This document shows, piece after piece, positions 29,296 through 40,932 of a DNA stretch of 64,000 bases. This stretch comes from an uncultured delta proteobacterium (GTDB lineage: Bacteria > Desulfobacterota > Desulfuromonadia > Desulfuromonadales > JACZKF01). Where the stretch lies: assembly GCA_963816395.1 (NCBI GenBank), contig CAWFKQ010000016.1, positions 1 through 64,000 on the forward strand, in the 5' to 3' direction. The stretch's first letter is position 1, and every line of letters begins with the position of its first letter. Under the pieces are notes generated by a model. That model had not been told where the DNA came from and ran no database searches. It saw only the letters and a list, made by a program, of their open reading frames with translations. A program made the translations under genes and the position numbers.

Positions 29296-29340
29296 AGACG
29301 CCGGTCGTCATCGTATGACGACCGGCGTTTTGTTGTTTTT
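29296..29340 (+). terminator. Intrinsic terminator in the ABC transporter leader
   Basis: Perfect 14-bp stem ACGCCGGTCGTCAT-CGT-ATGACGACCGGCGT plus U-rich tail. Confidence 0.8.
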
Positions 29341-29413
29341 GGCAGGAAACAAGAAGTCGGCAGTTGGTTGCCTTTGAGTGTTTCTTCCGCTGGCAAGCAA
29401 AGGAGAAGAGAGC

Positions 29414-30403
29414 ATGAAAAGAGTGGCAATTCTGTTGTTGAGCGTTTTCCTGGTTCCAGGGGCCTACGCGGCCGATCTCGCCAAGGCCAAACAGGAAGGC
29501 AAGGCCAATCTCTACGCCAACATCACCGCCGTCGAGCCGATCATGGAGGCCTTTACCGCGGCTACCGGGGTGCAGGGCATCTACACCCGGGTCTCCACCT
29601 CCAAGTATCTGGCCACCGTGCTCACCGAGCACGAGGCGGGCAAGCTCGAAGCCGACGTGCTGCAGGGGCCGCTGCCGATTCTGCAGATCCTGAAGGACAA
29701 GGGGGTGCTTGCCGCCTACCAATCCCCTTCCGCCTCCGGCTATCCCGGGTGGGCGCGGCAGGATGACGCCATCGTGCAGTTCGGCATTGAATACGTCGCC
29801 CCGATCTACAACAAGGAACTGGTCAAGCCCGCCGATGTGCCCAAACGCTACGAAGATCTGACCGACCCCAAATGGCGGGACAAGATCGTGATGCCGGATC
29901 CCTCCACGCACGCCACCACCATCTCCTGGCTGGTGGGGCTGAAAGAGGCCAGGATCTTCCCCTCCGACGAGGCCTGGATGAAGTTCGTCAAGGGGCTGGC
30001 GGCCAACAAGCCGATGTTCGTCAAATCGTTCGGGCCCACCCCGGCGCCGGTGGAAAGCGGCGAGAAGCTGCTGGCGATCTCCATGCCCAAATACATCATC
30101 ACCAAGGCGCCGGCGCCCCTCGACTGGGCGCGGGTGGGCACCCTGCTCGGTACCCCGCGCGCCATTGCCGTCGCCGCCAAGGCGCCGCATCCCGCGGCCG
30201 CCCGGGTGCTCATGGATTACTGGCTGTCGCGCGATGCCATGAAGCTGCTGGCCGACAAAGTGGGGGAATATGTGCTCGCCCCCGGCGTCTTTCCGCCCAT
30301 CGACGGCATCAGCGAGGCCAAGGTCCTGCCCATCCGCGAACTGTCGGATGACGAAATTCGCAAGTGGGGGGACGAATTCAAAAAGATTTTCTTCGCCCAG
30401 TAG
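29414..30403 (+). CDS. ABC substrate-binding protein (Fe3+/thiamine-like family)
   Basis: Signal peptide, AKQEG, YNKELV, DLTDPKW, APHPAAA. Confidence 0.85.
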   Translation: MKRVAILLLSVFLVPGAYAADLAKAKQEGKANLYANITAVEPIMEAFTAATGVQGIYTRVSTSKYLATVLTEHEAGKLEADVLQGPLPILQILKDKGVLAAYQSPSASGYPGWARQDDAIVQFGIEYVAPIYNKELVKPADVPKRYEDLTDPKWRDKIVMPDPSTHATTISWLVGLKEARIFPSDEAWMKFVKGLAANKPMFVKSFGPTPAPVESGEKLLAISMPKYIITKAPAPLDWARVGTLLGTPRAIAVAAKAPHPAAARVLMDYWLSRDAMKLLADKVGEYVLAPGVFPPIDGISEAKVLPIRELSDDEIRKWGDEFKKIFFAQ

Positions 30404-30488
30404 CTGGAGCCCCTTTTGCCATCCCAAGACACATTTTCCTGAGAGCGGGGCCGGGCAGAACCGGCCCCGCCATTTTCGGATTGCCAGC

Positions 30489-31579
<1,091 letters not shown>

Positions 31580-31587
31580 GGACCGTC

Positions 31588-33273
31588 ATGTTCAGGAAAC
31601 CGACCCTCACCCCCACCCTGATCGTCATCGTCGGCTTTCTCACCGTCTGCCCGGTGGTCATGCTGGTGATCGGCAGTTTTACCAAAGGCTTCGGCAACTT
31701 CGGCGGCTTCACGACGGCCAAGTATGTGCAGGCCTACAGCGATCCGGCCTTCGCCGACATCCTCCTGAACACGGCGGTCTTCACCCTCGGCTCGGCCGCC
31801 ATGGCGACGCTGCTGGCGCTCTTTCTGGCTTACATCAATACCCGGACCAATATCCCAGGCAAATTCCTCTTCGGGATCCTCTCGATCATCCCCATGATGA
31901 TCCCGCACATTCTGTTCGCCGTCAGCTGGGCGCTCCTGCTGAACCCCAGCAACGGCATCCTGAACCGGCTGCTGATGCAGGCCTTCGGTCTCCAGGGCGC
32001 CTTTTTCAACATCTACTCGCTCCCCGGAATGATCCTGGTCGAGGGCCTCCTGGACCTGCCGATCGCCTACCTGATCATCGCCCCGGCCATGAGCGCCTTC
32101 GACATTTCCCTGGAGGAATCCTCCAAGGTCTGCGGCGCCTCCAACCTGCGCACCCTGCTGCGGGTGACGCTGCCGGTGCTGCGCCCGGCCATTCTGGCTT
32201 CGGCGATCCTGGTCGTCGTCAGGAGCCTGGCCTCGTTTGCCGTCCCTTCGGTGATCGGCATGCCGGGGCGGATCTACGTGCTGGCCACCCACATCTACCG
32301 GATCATCGCCACCGGCTTCGCCGCCGACTACGGCAAGGCCGCCGCCGTCGGCATGAGCGCCCTGGCCGCCTCGATCACCCTGATCTACCTCTACCGCTAT
32401 CTGACCGCGGAGAGCGGCAAGTTCGTCACCATCTCGAGCCGGGGCTTCAAGCCCACCCTGATCGACCTCAAACGGTCGAAGTACCCCCTGTTCGTCGTGG
32501 TCGGCCTGCTCTCCTGCGTGCTGATCGTGCTGCCGGTGGTGGTTCTCTTCTATACCTCCATGCTTCCCTACTCCATGGTGCCGAGCGCCCGGGCCTTTTC
32601 GCTGATGAGCTGGAAGAACTGGATCGAGGTGCTGCGGGATCCGATATCGCTGCTGTCGCTCAAAAACAGCCTCATCCTCGGCCTGCTGGGGGCCACTCTG
32701 GGTGTCGTCCTGTCGATCTTCGTCTCCTATGTCATCGTCAAGGTGCGCACCTCCGCGTCGGGGATTCTGGAATCGCTGAGCTTCCTCTCCTTTTCCTTCC
32801 CCGGCATCGTCATCGGCGTCGGTTTCATGTGGTTCTTTGTCCGCACCCCCATTTACGGCACGATCTGGGCGCTGCTGATCGGCTACCTCGCCACTTATCT
32901 GCCCTACGGGATCAGGCCGCTGTCCAGCGCCTTCGTCCAGATCCACAGCCATCTGGAGGAATCCTCCCGGGTCTGCGGCGCCACCCCCTTCTACACGCTG
33001 CGCCGGATCATCGTGCCGCTCCTCATCCCCGGCATCATCTCGGGGTGGATCCTCATGGCCACCATGTTCGTGCGCGAACTGACCCTTTCGGTAGTGCTCT
33101 CGCGGCCGGGCTCGGAAGTGCTGGCGGTGCAGATCCTGCGTTTTGCCGAGGACGGGATGTGGGGGAAACTTTCGGCGCTCGGCATCATGATGATCTTCAT
33201 CTCCTCGGCCCTGGTCGTTGCCGCGACCCTTCTTGGGCGCAAGCTGACCAGGATGCAGGTGGTCGAGAGATAG
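31588..33273 (+). CDS. ABC permease, FbpB-like with two EAA repeats
   Basis: LEESSKVCGA and LEESSRVCGA. Confidence 0.9.
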   Translation: MFRKPTLTPTLIVIVGFLTVCPVVMLVIGSFTKGFGNFGGFTTAKYVQAYSDPAFADILLNTAVFTLGSAAMATLLALFLAYINTRTNIPGKFLFGILSIIPMMIPHILFAVSWALLLNPSNGILNRLLMQAFGLQGAFFNIYSLPGMILVEGLLDLPIAYLIIAPAMSAFDISLEESSKVCGASNLRTLLRVTLPVLRPAILASAILVVVRSLASFAVPSVIGMPGRIYVLATHIYRIIATGFAADYGKAAAVGMSALAASITLIYLYRYLTAESGKFVTISSRGFKPTLIDLKRSKYPLFVVVGLLSCVLIVLPVVVLFYTSMLPYSMVPSARAFSLMSWKNWIEVLRDPISLLSLKNSLILGLLGATLGVVLSIFVSYVIVKVRTSASGILESLSFLSFSFPGIVIGVGFMWFFVRTPIYGTIWALLIGYLATYLPYGIRPLSSAFVQIHSHLEESSRVCGATPFYTLRRIIVPLLIPGIISGWILMATMFVRELTLSVVLSRPGSEVLAVQILRFAEDGMWGKLSALGIMMIFISSALVVAATLLGRKLTRMQVVER

Positions 33274-33453
33274 ACGTTCCGTATTTACCGGCGATTCCCC
33301 AGGGCCTGCGGCAAAACCGCAGGCCCTCGCTTTTGGCCGCAGGCAGCCGTGCGGAAAAGCGGATTGACAGAGAAGCGGCGCAAATTATAGTTGAATTGGA
33401 TTACTTAAATTAGAAAAAGGACAGAACATCAACCGCAACCGAAGGAGGCAGCC

Positions 33454-34869
33454 ATGGCAAGGTATATCTCGCGACGCGGTTTTCTCAGGAATGTGGGGGT
33501 GGGGACGGTGGGGCTGGCTCTCGCCCCGGGGGCCCTGCGGTTTGCGGCGGCCCAGGAACGGCGGACCCTGAAACTTCTCCAGTGGAGTCATTTCGTCCCC
33601 AGCTACGACAAGTGGTTCGACCAGTACTGCCAGAAATGGGGGGCGGCGCACAATGTGAACGTGGTCGTCGACCACATCAGCCTCTCCGATCTGAAGAGCA
33701 CCTTTGCCGCCGAAGTGGTGGCCGGCAGGGGCCACGACCTGGTCGAGTTCATCGCCCCGCCTTCCGACTTCGAGCCGAGCGTCCTCGACCTGACCGACCT
33801 CAATCAACAGGCGCAGAAGAAATTCGGGAATCAGCTCCCGGTGGCCACCAAGAGCTCCTTCAATCCCCACACGAAAAAATTCTACGGCTTCTGCCACGGC
33901 TGGACCATCGACCCGGGCGACTACCGCAAATCCCTCTGGGAGAAGGCCGGCAAGCCGGACGGGCCGCGTACCTGGCAAGACCTGCTGACCTACGGCAGCA
34001 AGATCATGAAGGAACAGGGGGTCCAGGCGGGGATCGGCATGTCCCAGGAACTCGACTCCAACATGGCGGCCCGCGGCCTGCTCTGGTCCTTCGGCAGCAG
34101 CATCCAGGACCAGCACGAGAATGTGGTCCTCGCCAACCCGAAGACGATCGAGGCGGTGAAGTACATGACCGACCTCTTCAAACAGGCCCTCACCCCGGAG
34201 GTCTTCAGCTGGAACCCGGCTTCCAACAACCAGCTGCTGCTCGCCGGCCGCGCCTCCTACATCCTGAACTCCATCTCCGCCTATCGCTCGGCCCAGAAAG
34301 ACGTGCCGGACATCGCCAAGGACATCTTCTTCACTCCGGCCCTGCAGGGACCGCAGGGAACCGCCTGGGCCAGCGAACATGTCATCTACGTCTCGGTCAT
34401 CCCCAGCTTCGCCAAGAAGAACGCCGACCTGGCCAAGCAGTTCCTCCTCGATCTCTGCGCCAACTACGACCAGGCGATGTGGGAGAGCAAGCTGTACAAC
34501 ACCCCGGCCTTCTTCCATACCCCCGTTCCGCCCGGCGACCGGGGCTATCCGCAGGTGGCTGCCGCCAAAACCCTGCAGGATATCTTCCAGGCCTGGTTCA
34601 CCAACGATCCCTTCCTCCTGCCGAATGAAGCGAAAGGAAAACTCAAGCCGCTCATGGACGCGCAGAAGTGGAGCACCAACGTCGGCCATCCCGGCCCGGC
34701 GAGCCCGGCCATTGGCGAGATCTTCGGTACCTTCGTCATCCCCAACATGTTCGCCCGGGTCGCCCAGGGGCGACAGAGTCCCGAGGATTCGGTGAAAGAG
34801 GCAGATGCGGAATGCCGCCGGATTTTCGACAAGTGGCGGGCGCAGGGGCTGATCGGAGGAAAGGGGTAG
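33454..34869 (+). CDS. Tat-exported carbohydrate ABC substrate-binding protein
   Basis: SRRGFL twin-arginine signal, LLQWSHFVP. Confidence 0.85.
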   Translation: MARYISRRGFLRNVGVGTVGLALAPGALRFAAAQERRTLKLLQWSHFVPSYDKWFDQYCQKWGAAHNVNVVVDHISLSDLKSTFAAEVVAGRGHDLVEFIAPPSDFEPSVLDLTDLNQQAQKKFGNQLPVATKSSFNPHTKKFYGFCHGWTIDPGDYRKSLWEKAGKPDGPRTWQDLLTYGSKIMKEQGVQAGIGMSQELDSNMAARGLLWSFGSSIQDQHENVVLANPKTIEAVKYMTDLFKQALTPEVFSWNPASNNQLLLAGRASYILNSISAYRSAQKDVPDIAKDIFFTPALQGPQGTAWASEHVIYVSVIPSFAKKNADLAKQFLLDLCANYDQAMWESKLYNTPAFFHTPVPPGDRGYPQVAAAKTLQDIFQAWFTNDPFLLPNEAKGKLKPLMDAQKWSTNVGHPGPASPAIGEIFGTFVIPNMFARVAQGRQSPEDSVKEADAECRRIFDKWRAQGLIGGKG

Positions 34870-34872
34870 CGC

Positions 34873-35875
34873 ATGGCGGTGGTTGAGCTCAGCGGCGTCA
34901 GCAAGAAGTTCGCTCAGACCCGGGCGGTCGATAATGTCGACCTGGAGATCCGGGACGGGGAGCTGCTGGTGCTCCTCGGCCCTTCGGGAAGCGGCAAGAC
35001 GACCCTGATGCGGCTCTGCGCCGGGCTGGAGAAGCCGACGGGGGGGAAGATCAGCATCGACGGGGAGGTGGTCAACGATCTGCCTCCCCGCAAGCGGGGG
35101 ATCGCCATGGTCTTCCAGACCTATGCCCTCTATCCGCACAAGACGGTCTTCGAGAATATCGCCTTTCCCCTGCGGGTGCAGAAGGAGAGCAAGGGGGAGA
35201 TCAAGCAGAAGGTCGAGTGGGCCGCCGGGCTGTTCAACATCGGGCACCTGCTGCAGCGCCTCCCTTCCCAGCTCTCGGGCGGGGAGCGGCAGCGGGTGGC
35301 CATCTCCCGGGCACTGGTGCGCAAGCCCAGGGTGTTCCTGATGGACGAGCCCCTCTCCAACCTCGATGCCAAGGTCCGGGACTATGCCCGCGGGGAGCTG
35401 AAAAAGTTCCAGCAGAGGATCGGCGTCACCACCATTTATGTCACCCACGACCAGGTGGAGGCGATGGGGCTCGGCGACCGCATCGCCGTCCTGCACAAGG
35501 GGCAGCTGCGGCAGATCGGCACCCCGGGCGAAATCTACAACGATCCCACCGATACCTTCGTCGCCGGCTTCATCGGTACGCCGCCGATGAATTTTCTCGA
35601 ACGGGAGGGGAAAATCCTCGGTTTCCGCCCGGAGGTCTTCTCTCCCCACCGGCTTCCTCCGGGAGGAGGCGAGGCGGAATTTCCGCTTCAACATTGAAAT
35701 GATCGAAAACCTCGGCTCCTTCCGCATCCTTTACGGGACCATCGACGCCGACCGGGTGATGGCCAGGCTCACCCAGGAGATCCAGCTCCAGGAAGGGGAA
35801 ACCTACGACTTTTCCGTCCGCCTGCGGGACCTGTACTACTTCGATAAGGAAAAGGGCACGAGGATCCGGGAATGA
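34873..35875 (+). CDS. Carbohydrate ABC ATP-binding protein (frameshift near 35650)
   Basis: GPSGSGKT, LSGGERQR, YVTHDQVEAM. Confidence 0.9.
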
Positions 35876-36792
35876 AAGGGAAAAGCATCGTCGATCGCGA
35901 AGAGGCTCTCGCCCCCATGCTCCTGGTGCCGGTGGTCCTCTACATCGTGCTTTTCGTCGGCTTCCCCTTCCTCATGTCCTTCGTCTACAGCTTCAGCAAC
36001 GTCACCGTCGGCAATCCGAACTTCAAGATGGTCGGGCTGCAAAATTTCGCAGAGATCATCAGCGCGCAGGCCTTTCAGCGGTCCCTGGCCAACACCTTCA
36101 TCTTCACCTTCACCTCGATAACCCTGGTGGTCGTCTTCGGCCACATCCTCGCCGAGCTGCTGCGGCAGGATTTTCCGTTCAAATGGCTGGCGCGTTTTCT
36201 CCTCCTGCTCCCCTGGACCACCCCCATCGCCCTCGGCACCATCGGCTTTCTCTGGTTCTTCGATTCGCTGTACAGCCCCATCGACTGGGTCCTGCGGCAC
36301 CTGGGACTGCTCGGCGCCCCAGGCGATCTCCTGGGGGCAAGAAGCAATCTCTACTGGCTCGGGCGGCCGGCGCTGGCCATGTCCTCGGTGATCCTGGTCC
36401 ACGTCTGGCGCCTGTTGCCCCTGGCGGCGGTCATCCTGCTGGCCGGGATGAATTCCATTCCGAAGGAGATCATCGAGGCCGCCCAGGTGGACGGCGCCGG
36501 CTATTTCCGCCGCCTCTTTCAGATCATCCTCCCTTTGCTCTTCCCGGTGATCGGCGTCACGGTACTTTTCGGCACCTTCTTCACCTTTACCGACATGACT
36601 GTGGTCTGGATCCTCACCAAGGGCGGGCCGCCCCCCAACACCACCCAGGTCCTGGCCAGCCTCGCCTTCCTGGTCGGCATCGAGGGGGGGGATCTGGCCA
36701 GGGGAGCGGCGGTGGCGTTGTTTTTCTTTCCGATCCTGGCGGGAATCGCCGCCATCGTGCTGCGGCTGGTGAAAAAGGCGGTGGTCATATGA
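35872..36792 (+). CDS. Carbohydrate ABC permease
   Basis: IEAAQVDGA. Confidence 0.9.
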   Translation: MKGKSIVDREEALAPMLLVPVVLYIVLFVGFPFLMSFVYSFSNVTVGNPNFKMVGLQNFAEIISAQAFQRSLANTFIFTFTSITLVVVFGHILAELLRQDFPFKWLARFLLLLPWTTPIALGTIGFLWFFDSLYSPIDWVLRHLGLLGAPGDLLGARSNLYWLGRPALAMSSVILVHVWRLLPLAAVILLAGMNSIPKEIIEAAQVDGAGYFRRLFQIILPLLFPVIGVTVLFGTFFTFTDMTVVWILTKGGPPPNTTQVLASLAFLVGIEGGDLARGAAVALFFFPILAGIAAIVLRLVKKAVVI

Positions 36793-37644
36793 GAGGAGAC
36801 GCGGAGGGTGAAGAGAATCCTGGCCAGGGGCGGCTTTTACGGGGCGTTGACCGCTGTTCATCGCGTTCTCCGCCGCCCCTTTCTACGTCATGCTCATCTC
36901 CATGTTCAAGAGCAATCACGGATCTGATGAATCCCGACCAGCAATCCCTTCATCTTCACCGAGCCGCCCACCCTGGAGAACCTGCGTTTCCTCCTTACCG
37001 GCAGCCCCTATCCGCAATTTCTCCTCAACACGGCCATTGTCGGGGCGGCGGTGGTGGCGATCACCATCGTCCTGGCCGTCCCCGCTGCCTACAGCCTGGC
37101 CCGGCTGGCCGGCAGCTGGGGGCAGTACCTGGGCGTCGGCATATTTCTCACCTACCTGATACCGCCGACCCTCCTCTTCATCCCCATGGCGCGGGTGGTC
37201 TCCTTCTTCAACCTGCAGAATTCGCTGCTGTCGCTGATCCTGATCTACCCCACCTTTACCCTCCCGTTCTGTACCTGGCTGATGATGGGCTTTTTCATGT
37301 CCACTCCCCGGGACATCGAGGAACAGGCGATGATCGACGGCTGCAGCCGGCTGGGCGCCTTCAACCGGATCATCCTTCCCATTTCGGTCCCGGGGATCGT
37401 GACGGTCGTCGTCTTCGCCTTTTCGCTGGTGGTCAACGAATACATCTACGCGCTCGCCTTCATTCAGAACTCCGCCACCAAGACGATCGGCATCGGGGTA
37501 ACCACCGAACTGATCCGGGGCGACGTCTTCTACTGGGGCGCGCTGATGGGCGGCGCCCTCATCGCCAGCATCCCGGTGGCCGTCCTGTACACGGCGTTTC
37601 TCGACCGGATCATCTCAGGGCTGGCGATGGGGGCCGGAGATTAG
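36789..37644 (+). CDS. Carbohydrate ABC permease (5' frameshifts)
   Basis: IEEQAMIDGC, GDVFYWGALM. Confidence 0.85.
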
Positions 37645-37756
37645 AAGTGGCCGGCACTCCAGCCGGTTGTTGCGAGGCTGCTCTTCGAGCCTTCCCCAAA
37701 GTGAAAGGACCAGGCGATGGCCCGGCCCTTTTGCGGTGTCTTTATCTCTGGATCGC

Positions 37757-37963
37757 TCAGATACGCTTCTTGAGCAGATCCTTCCCCTTCACTACCAGTT
37801 TTTCGTTCTGCTCACAGACTTCGCGGAAGAACTGGGCAACATCGCGGTCGCCTTCCTTCTCGGCGTCTTCCGCGTAATGCTCGCAGGTCTCGTAACCCTG
37901 GGAAGCGTGATAGATCACGCTGATCAGGTCGTAGTCCTTGTTTTGTAAGGGTTCTTTTCGCAT
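37757..37963 (-). CDS. Small helical hypothetical protein
   Basis: 68 aa, RBS AGGAGG, YDLISVIYHA...YAEDAEKEGD. Confidence 0.7.
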   Translation of the reverse strand: MRKEPLQNKDYDLISVIYHASQGYETCEHYAEDAEKEGDRDVAQFFREVCEQNEKLVVKGKDLLKKRI

Positions 37964-38204
37964 ACCTACCTCCTTTCCGTCTTCTTTTCATGCTACCATC
38001 TCTCCCCGCCCTGTCAAATCCAGCGGCTCTGCCGCCAGCCGGCAGGGGACCGCCTGCGCGTTGATGCCCTTGCCTTTTTCAGGCAAACAGGTTATGGTAA
38101 AGGCAACGGATGTGGGCAGTCCCTGGTTGGCCGACCGATAAAGATCAGTCCAGAAAACGGGGAAGCACACGGTAATCAAACAGAGTAGAAGGAGCAACAC
38201 GGCA

Positions 38205-38405
38205 ATGGCACAAGGTACAGTAAAGTGGTTCAACGACGCCAAAGGTTTTGGGTTCATCCAGCAGGACGACGGGCCCGACGTATTCGTGCATTTTTCGGCC
38301 ATTCAGGGGGATGGTTTCAAATCCCTCGCCGAGGGTGACCGCGTCAGCTTCGATGTCGTGCAGGGGCAAAAAGGTCCTCAGTCGGCCAACGTACGCAAGA
38401 TCTAA
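38205..38405 (+). CDS. csp: Cold-shock protein
   Basis: [23 protein letters not shown]. Confidence 0.97.
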   Translation: MAQGTVKWFNDAKGFGFIQQDDGPDVFVHFSAIQGDGFKSLAEGDRVSFDVVQGQKGPQSANVRKI

Positions 38406-38422
38406 AACCCTCCCGGGTTTGG

Positions 38423-38453
38423 AAAAAAGCCCCGCGCCAGCGGGGCTTTTTTT
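38423..38453. terminator. Bidirectional intrinsic terminator
   Basis: AAAAAAGCCCCGC-GCCA-GCGGGGCTTTTTTT. Confidence 0.85.
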
Positions 38454-38522
38454 ATGCCTGTTGCCGGTGCGCCTCTCGGTGCGGTTCGGTCCCCATCGTC
38501 TGGTCGCGCAAGCTGCCGGTCC

Positions 38523-39527
38523 TCATGTCCCCTCCCCGGCTGCCGGCCTGGCCGGCGGCGCCATGAACTCCGGGCCGACGGGGTCGACGATCGTCTCCCG
38601 CAGGATACGGTCGATCTCCGCTCTGTCATCGGCCGTGAGCGCCCAACCGGTCGCCTCACCCACATCTTCCACCTGCTGCGGATGGCGCGCTCCCCAGAGC
38701 GCGATAGCCGCCCCCTGGTCGAGAATCCAGCGTACCGCCAACTGCATTACGCCCCGCCCGTGACGCTCACGGGCAAGCCGGTCGAGCCGGCTGACCGCGG
38801 CCAGATACTGGCCGAAGCGGGGCTGCTGGAATTTGGGATCGACCTGGCGCAGGTCATCCCCGGTGAAGCGGGTAGCGGGATCCATTTTACCGCTGAGCAG
38901 GCCGCGGCAGAGGGCGCCGTAGGCGAGAAGGGCGATGCCGTTTTCCCGGCAGTAGGGAAGCACATCCTGCTCGATCTGCCGTTCGAACAGATTGTACGGC
39001 GGCTGGCAGGTATGCAGCGGCGCCGCCTGCCGGAAGGCCTCCATCTGCGCGGGGGAATAGTTGCTCACGCCGATGGCCCGGATCTTCCCCGCCTGATAGA
39101 GGCGCGCCAGGGCGGCCGCCGTCTCCTCGAAAGGCACCCGCGGGTCGGGCCAGTGGACCTGGTAGATGTCGATGTAGTCGGTCTGCAGCCGGCGCAGGGA
39201 GTCCTCGAATTCGGCAGCGATCCGGGCGGCGGTGGAGTTGCGGAAAATTCTCCCTTCCCGCCACTCCAGGGCCACCTTGGTGGCGATGATGACCCGGTGC
39301 CGATCGCCGCGCCGGGCAACGGCCTTGCCGACGATCTCCTCCGAACGGCCGAATCCATACACCGGCGCGGTATCGATCACGTTGATCCCCTGGTCGAGGG
39401 CCGCATGGATGGTGCGGATCGATTCCTCTTCCTCGCTTCCCCCCCACATCCAGCCGCCGATGGCCCAGGTGCCGAGGGCAACCCGCGAAGCCCGGGTGGC
39501 GATACCCTGCAGTTGCGTGGTTTCCAT
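38523..39527 (-). CDS. Aldo/keto reductase (YhdN-like)
   Basis: LGTWAIGGWMWG, DTAPVYG, IYQVHWPD, QPPYNLF. Confidence 0.92.
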   Translation of the reverse strand: METTQLQGIATRASRVALGTWAIGGWMWGGSEEEESIRTIHAALDQGINVIDTAPVYGFGRSEEIVGKAVARRGDRHRVIIATKVALEWREGRIFRNSTAARIAAEFEDSLRRLQTDYIDIYQVHWPDPRVPFEETAAALARLYQAGKIRAIGVSNYSPAQMEAFRQAAPLHTCQPPYNLFERQIEQDVLPYCRENGIALLAYGALCRGLLSGKMDPATRFTGDDLRQVDPKFQQPRFGQYLAAVSRLDRLARERHGRGVMQLAVRWILDQGAAIALWGARHPQQVEDVGEATGWALTADDRAEIDRILRETIVDPVGPEFMAPPARPAAGEGT

Positions 39528-39755
39528 GGTCTTTCCCCTTTGTTGCGGCCGACCGCCGGGTTCTTCGCCCCGCAGCTGCCAGTTACTCTCCAGGGCGAGA
39601 AATCCGTCGTTCCAGATTTGGGACAGCTTCCGCCGGGACGAGGCGGTCCCGTAGAGTTTATCTTCTCCGGCTGCTACGGCAATTGCGGATAAAGGAGGGG
39701 GGCCGGCGGAGGGGAAATGCGGATCCGCACGGGGAAGGGCAGAGGAGAGGGCGGG

Positions 39756-40769
39756 TCAGCAGATGCGCGGCAGTTGTTCCCCGGCGAGCATCTCGATGGA
39801 CCGTCGGCCGCCGATGGCGGTGGCCATCACCACCCGACCGGCACCGCCGCCGGTGACTTCGCCGATGATGGCGGCTTCCGTGCCGGCCGGGTGCCGCCGC
39901 ATGGCCGCCAGCACCGCCGCGGCCGCCGCCGGCGCCACCACCGCCAGCAGTTTCCCCTCGTTGGCGACGAACAGGGGATCGAGGCCGAGAATGGCGCAGG
40001 CGCCGGCTACCGCCGGACGCACCGGCAGGGCGGCTTCGGTCAGAGTGATTTCCACCCCGGACTGCCTGGCGATCTCCTTCAGGGTCGTCGCGACGCCGCC
40101 GCGGGTGGGATCGCGCAGGACATGCACCGCCGCCCCACCGGCCTGCAGCATGGCCGCCACCAGGTCGTGCAGGGGGGCGCTGTCGGTGCGGATATCGCTC
40201 TCCAGTTCCAGCCCCTCGCGCGAAGCCAGCACCGCCATGCCGTGATCGCCGATAGGGCCGTTGATCAGGACCCGGTCGCCGGGGCGGGCGCCACTGCCGC
40301 GGATGTCGAGTTCGTGATCGAAGAGGCCGATCCCGGAAGTGTTGATGAAGATCCGGTCCGCCTTGCCCCGCGGCACCACCTTGGTGTCGCCGGTGACGAT
40401 CGCCACCCCGGCCGTCTCGGCCGCTGACCGCATCGCCTCGAGGATCCGCCGCAGGTCGGCGACGGGCAGACCCTCTTCGAGGATCAGTCCCACCGAGATC
40501 GCCAGCGGCCGGGCGCCGCTCATCGCCAGGTCGTTGACCGTGCCGTTGATCGCCAGGTCGCCGATGTTGCCGCCGGGGAAGAAGATGGGATCGACCACGT
40601 AGGAATCGGTGGTAAAGGCCAGGCGCTTCCCCTGGCAGGCGAGCACCGCCGCATCGTTCTGGTCGCGCGGGGCAAGGCCCGAGAGGGTGGGCACGATCAG
40701 TTCATCGAGGAGCTGGTGACTGAGCTTGCCGCCGCTGCCGTGGCCGAGCAGGATGACATCGGATTTCAT
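39756..40769 (-). CDS. hypE: Hydrogenase maturation protein HypE
   Basis: HGSGG, FTTDSYVV, RDPTRGG, terminal PRIC. Confidence 0.95.
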   Translation of the reverse strand: MKSDVILLGHGSGGKLSHQLLDELIVPTLSGLAPRDQNDAAVLACQGKRLAFTTDSYVVDPIFFPGGNIGDLAINGTVNDLAMSGARPLAISVGLILEEGLPVADLRRILEAMRSAAETAGVAIVTGDTKVVPRGKADRIFINTSGIGLFDHELDIRGSGARPGDRVLINGPIGDHGMAVLASREGLELESDIRTDSAPLHDLVAAMLQAGGAAVHVLRDPTRGGVATTLKEIARQSGVEITLTEAALPVRPAVAGACAILGLDPLFVANEGKLLAVVAPAAAAAVLAAMRRHPAGTEAAIIGEVTGGGAGRVVMATAIGGRRSIEMLAGEQLPRIC

Positions 40770-40810
40770 TCCAGCCTCATAAAAGTTACAAAAAAATCAG
40801 AGTACTTCCT

Positions 40811-40932
40811 GGGCTGATCAAAAATGCCCAGATGCAAGGCGGAGGAAATCCTTCGGCATAAGGCGTACCTGAAAGGTACGTCGTTGACGAAGGATGAGGA
40901 CAACGCCGCAGATGGGCGTTTTTCATCAGCCC
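40811..40932. mobile_element. MITE-like element, copy 2
   Basis: Terminal inverted repeats GGGCTGATCAAAAATGCCCA / TGGGCGTTTTTCATCAGCCC; same internal motifs as 23480-23644. Confidence 0.72.
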
